Below, in pieces: positions 60,734 through 64,000 of a stretch of DNA of 64,000 nt. The DNA comes from Candidatus Paceibacter sp. (GTDB lineage: Bacteria; Patescibacteriota; Minisyncoccia; UBA6257; 02-FULL-45-10c). The DNA is taken from NCBI GenBank assembly GCA_020724845.1, contig DYGE01000004.1:29751-93750 (forward strand), in the 5' to 3' direction. The notes below the pieces were generated by a model that saw only the letters and a program-made list of their open reading frames with translations, made no database searches and was not told the origin of the DNA. Numbering within the stretch: position 1 is the first letter of the stretch; the number at the start of each line of letters is the position of its first letter. The position numbers and the translations under genes are program-made.

Positions 60734-61243
60734 ATGGATAACGACGCAAAGAGATTTTTCGAAGAATTATCACACTCTTCCGAAGAGGAAGTTGAAATCG
60801 AGCCCCATATAGAGCTCGCAAAAACCGCTTCGGCGCCCCCCGCTCAAGCAGCTAAAAAAACAAAAGTGGATAAAAAGCCGGCATCAGATCTTTCCGAGCT
60901 GATGGAGGAAGGAGAAGGCCAGCTTACCATCGACGTCTATCAAACTCCGGAGGAAATAGTAGTTGAATCCACCATCGCCGGCGTGAATCCGGAAGATTTG
61001 GATATTGATATCAGCAGCGAAGCGGTAACCATCCGAGGAAAGAGAACTAAAGAAAAGAAAATATCCGATGAAGATTATTTCTATCAGGAATGTTACTGGG
61101 GCAAATTCTCCAGATCCGTCATACTTCCGCAGGAAGTAGATCCGGATGCCGCTGTCGCCTCGCTCAAAAATGGGGTTCTCACCATCCGATTGCCGAAAAT
61201 AAACCGGCAGAAATCCAAAAAGCTGAAAGTTAACTTCAGTTAA
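60734..61243 (+). CDS. Hsp20/alpha-crystallin small heat-shock protein
   Basis: Alpha-crystallin domain (…DVYQTPEEIVVE…AVTIRGKR…GKFSRS…LKNGVLTIRLPK). Confidence 0.85.
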   Translation: MDNDAKRFFEELSHSSEEEVEIEPHIELAKTASAPPAQAAKKTKVDKKPASDLSELMEEGEGQLTIDVYQTPEEIVVESTIAGVNPEDLDIDISSEAVTIRGKRTKEKKISDEDYFYQECYWGKFSRSVILPQEVDPDAAVASLKNGVLTIRLPKINRQKSKKLKVNFS

Positions 61244-61250
61244 GAAAATC

Positions 61251-61285
61251 AAAAACCTCCGCAGCCCGGGGGTTTTTGATTTGAA
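61251..61285 (+). terminator. probable intrinsic terminator after hsp20
   Basis: GC-rich palindromic segment (CCTCCGCAGCCCGGGGG) followed by TTTTTGATTTG. Confidence 0.4.
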
Positions 61286-61341
61286 ATTTATTCAAAAATC
61301 GATTATTTTCTAAGTAAGCACCTTAAAAGTCAAAGAGATGG

Positions 61342-62343
61342 ATGGCTAACCTAGGGAAGGTTGGGCTAATTGAAAACGGCGGCGGATTTTCAGCGGCTTT
61401 CAGCGTGGGCTCCACTAAAGCTATCTATAAGTGCGGCATTCAGCCACAAGTGATTCAAGGAGTTTCAGCAGGAGCACTCACTGCCACTAAAATTGTTGAG
61501 GGCGGTATAGAAGAGGCGGAGAAGGTTTGGTTGGAAATTGAAAGACAAGGGCCGAAGACGATATTTAACTGGTGGGATCTTCTTACCTCTGTCAAAAACC
61601 TGGTGATACACAAAATTCCAATACAATCCTTTTTTAGAAATGAAGGCCTCAAGAGATTGATAGATTCCGCGGATATGGAGAAAGTGGTTCAAGCTAAAGA
61701 ACTGTTCCAGATCGTAACCAGAAACGAATCAAGGGGATGGATCCCGCACATCTTCACTAATCATGAGGAACGCTTCCTGCAAAACCCGAAACTATTTAGA
61801 AAACCAATCCTGGCGACGACCGCCCTGCAGGGGGCCTTTGACAGCGTTGAGATAGACAGCGAGATGCACTCTGATGGCATTTTTTATAACCTTCGCGCCG
61901 TAATTGAAGAAGGGTGTGACACGGTCTTTATACTGCTAAATGACCAATCGGATGAGAACCAAAATCGCTTCGACCAGCGACTCTCTAAGGCAAAGCACGC
62001 CTTATATGAAGAAGCTATGGCTCTGCGATTAGAAAAAATTTTAGAAAAGTATCCGGACTATGACGTAATCTCGGACCACGAGAGCGAAGAGGAAGCCCCA
62101 TCGCTCATTAAGGCCTTTAAGAGAGCGGCAAAAAATGCCAAAAGCGTAATGAGTTCGGTGGCTAAAGGAGATGATATTGGAAACCTGTTGGTCCCGCACC
62201 GCATCATAGTGATAATCCCCAGAAAACCGATCTCCACCCTGCACACATTCGGATTTGAGAGAGGCGACATCAAGGCCGCCATTGAGCAAGGAGAAGATCA
62301 AGCTAAGCTTCTCATTAAAAAAGTTTTAAAAATGAGCTACTAA
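61342..62343 (+). CDS. patatin-like phospholipase
   Basis: Oxyanion GGG (…ENGGGFS…), GVSAG (GxSxG), and DGI (DGA/G-type) catalytic-dyad motifs. Confidence 0.7.
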   Translation: MANLGKVGLIENGGGFSAAFSVGSTKAIYKCGIQPQVIQGVSAGALTATKIVEGGIEEAEKVWLEIERQGPKTIFNWWDLLTSVKNLVIHKIPIQSFFRNEGLKRLIDSADMEKVVQAKELFQIVTRNESRGWIPHIFTNHEERFLQNPKLFRKPILATTALQGAFDSVEIDSEMHSDGIFYNLRAVIEEGCDTVFILLNDQSDENQNRFDQRLSKAKHALYEEAMALRLEKILEKYPDYDVISDHESEEEAPSLIKAFKRAAKNAKSVMSSVAKGDDIGNLLVPHRIIVIIPRKPISTLHTFGFERGDIKAAIEQGEDQAKLLIKKVLKMSY

Positions 62344-62360
62344 GTAGCTCATTTTTTAAT

Positions 62361-62447
62361 TGGTGCTCGGGGTGGGAGTTGAACCCACACGACATTGCTG
62401 TCGGAGGATCTTAAGTCCTCTGCGTCTGCCAGTTCCGCCACCCGAGC
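62361..62447 (-). tRNA. tRNA-Leu (anticodon TAA), CCA encoded
   Basis: Manual cloverleaf: acceptor GCTCGGG/CCCGAGC, anticodon loop CTTAAGA, long variable arm, T-loop TTCAACT. Confidence 0.85.
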
Positions 62448-62451
62448 ATGG

Positions 62452-62523
62452 AGGCCTAGGCCGGAATCGAACCGGCGTATAAGAGTTTTGCAGACTCCTG
62501 CCTTACCACTTGGCTACTAGGCC
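62452..62523 (-). tRNA. tRNA-Cys (anticodon GCA)
   Basis: Manual cloverleaf: acceptor GGCCTAG/CTAGGCC, anticodon loop CTGCAAA, T-loop TTCGATT. Confidence 0.8.
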
Positions 62524-62534
62524 ATAAAAGTATT

Positions 62535-62972
62535 TTATTCGCCCGAACTTTCTTTTTCAAGCTCCAAAAACTTTTTTTCTATCTCCGCGGCCTTTTCCAA
62601 ACCAACATCTTCGCGAAAGCGCAGCTCCGGCATCGGCTTGATATTTATCTTCCTGAGAAGCAAATGCTGCAGCCTGCCGCGGTTCTTATTAAGAATTTCC
62701 AGGGCCTCCGAAAGTTTCTCGCCGGGAATTGCCGAAACGCCGACTGACACATAATCCAGGTCTTTTTGGACATCTATCCTGGTTATAGTTACAAGCGCGC
62801 CCGGGAATTCTAGTTCCCGTAGGATGAGCTTATTCAGTTCGCCTTCAATAAGACTTTCCACCCGCTGATGCCTTTGATACGCCATTTTATTTGCCAAGCA
62901 ATTTATCCCCTGCTTCAATTTTAATTTCAGAATCAAAAATAAGTCCGCATTCGCTTCCCTCATTAACAGCAT
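62535..62972 (-). CDS. rbfA: ribosome-binding factor A
   Basis: RbfA KH-like core (MAYQRHQRVESLI…VTITRIDV…D…V…); likely start at the internal Met (62885); downstream of infB as usual. Confidence 0.8.
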   Translation of the reverse strand: MLLMREANADLFLILKLKLKQGINCLANKMAYQRHQRVESLIEGELNKLILRELEFPGALVTITRIDVQKDLDYVSVGVSAIPGEKLSEALEILNKNRGRLQHLLLRKINIKPMPELRFREDVGLEKAAEIEKKFLELEKESSGE

Positions 62973-64000
62973 TGGTTTGCTTTTTGGCCTGCTGCAGGCT
63001 TAATACCCTTCCAGAGCCGATAATCTTCTCTCCCTGATCAGGCAGACTTCGCTGAATCTCTAATCTGGATTTAATTCTTATCTGCCCTCTGTTCACCCGG
63101 CCGCCGATTGTCTGCTTATTGCCCTTTGAGCTGAAAACAGCCAGAATCTCCAGCTCGCTGCTAAACTTACTCTTCCCCATTTCCGCGAAGGTGTTGGAAA
63201 TGCCTTCCACTAGCTTATAAATAATCTCATCAGTCACGATAGTTACCTCTTGAGCCCGGGCCAGATTTTCAGCCGCCTTATTGGGATAGGTATTAAATCC
63301 CAAGATTATTGCTCCGGTTGCGACGGCGTCTTTTACATCGCCATCCGTTATCTCCCCGACCGACTGACTGATAATATCTAAGGCCTGATTTTCTTTAAGC
63401 GGTATATTTTTCAGAATATCTCGCAAGGCCTCCAGAGATCCGGCGGTGTCCGCCTTTAATATCACTCTAATTGTTTGCTTGTCCTCTGCCGAAGCAGTCT
63501 CCAATCTCCTGGCCGCAACTTTTTTGACTTTTGCCAAATCCTCTTCGGATAATTTTCCTGCTAGAAATTCCTCGCCGACTTCCGGCAAACTTTCAAATCC
63601 CAAAATAACCGCGGGACTGGACGGCAGAAGCTCGGCAGCCGCTTTTCCAAGAAAATCTTCCAGAATTTTAACTTTGCCTTTGGTAGTCGGAGTGGCTATT
63701 AGGTCTCCCCGCCTCAAAGTCCCGTCTTTTAAGATAACCGTCACCGAATTGCCGCGCTTCTTATCCAGCCTAGTTTCCAAAACTACTCCCGCCGCTTTGT
63801 TAGTCGGATTATAAGTCAGATCTTCCACGTCAGCCGCCAATAGGACCAGATCAAGCAATTCGGCGACGCCCTCTCCAGTTTTGGAAGAAACCCCTTGATA
63901 GCTGGTACTGCCGCCATAACCCTCAAGCAAGACATTGTTGCTGGTCAAGTCGTTTTTCACCCGTTCCAAGTCCGCGTTAGATTTATCAACCTTAGTAAGC
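62887..64000 (-). CDS. infB: translation initiation factor IF-2 (C-terminal part; 5' end beyond window)
   Basis: IF-2 domains III/IV (…ILKADTAGSLEAL…, …RVLSLQQAKK… region); the frame is open to the window edge, so the ORF-track Met at 63969 is internal. Confidence 0.85.
   Translation of the reverse strand, partial: LTKVDKSNADLERVKNDLTSNNVLLEGYGGSTSYQGVSSKTGEGVAELLDLVLLAADVEDLTYNPTNKAAGVVLETRLDKKRGNSVTVILKDGTLRRGDLIATPTTKGKVKILEDFLGKAAAELLPSSPAVILGFESLPEVGEEFLAGKLSEEDLAKVKKVAARRLETASAEDKQTIRVILKADTAGSLEALRDILKNIPLKENQALDIISQSVGEITDGDVKDAVATGAIILGFNTYPNKAAENLARAQEVTIVTDEIIYKLVEGISNTFAEMGKSKFSSELEILAVFSSKGNKQTIGGRVNRGQIRIKSRLEIQRSLPDQGEKIIGSGRVLSLQQAKKQTNAVNEGSECGLIFDSEIKIEAGDKLLGK

Overview
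This 64-kb window is a bacterial chromosomal segment, dense and mostly housekeeping. Annotated housekeeping content: the operon-like dprA-topA-rel run, parB, rpsF-ssb-rpsR, rpoB-rpoC, mltG, ftsW/rodA, an alpha-glucan phosphorylase, rsmE, an APC permease fused to Usp domains, the CCA-adding enzyme, recG, a processive GT2, tsaD, valS, hsp20, a patatin-like lipase, rbfA and a 3'-partial infB. A 23S-5S rRNA pair lies on the minus strand with no 16S in the window, and there are at least nine tRNAs. The compact genes, unlinked rRNA with insertions, and many small hypothetical proteins suggest an uncultivated, possibly CPR/Patescibacteria-like lineage (inference only).

Two insulated loci encode protein-modifier systems. 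(1) 6.8-13.6 kb is a pupylation locus without a 20S proteasome. It has an ARC/Mpa AAA ATPase with its own terminator, a Dop-like gene, a 64-aa Pup-like ORF ending QQGGE followed by an attenuator-like terminator, and two tandem divergent PafA-like paralogs. (2) 36.1-39.9 kb is a terminator-bounded minus-strand operon. It encodes a 443-aa unknown protein (candidate E2-like), a 428-aa JAMM/MPN+ metalloprotease, a minimal 226-aa ThiF/MoeB-type E1-like protein, and an 83-aa MoaD/ThiS-like beta-grasp Ubl that lacks a GG terminus and has its own terminator, promoter and RBS. This Bil-like ubiquitin-like conjugation cassette is the most interesting candidate system in the window.

Other unexplained features: two tRNA loci (Pro, Arg) share one architecture (tRNA, terminator, ~150-nt highly structured insert, duplicated tRNA 3' end, second diverged terminator). 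There are tRNA-fragment remnants next to tRNA-Ala and tRNA-Leu, a ~170-nt AT-rich insertion in 23S domain I, and in-frame 7-8-nt tandem repeats inside mltG, tsaD and valS. There is also an orphan promoter-terminator mini-transcript and a small TIR/DR-flanked element. No CRISPR array, transposase or integrase was seen.
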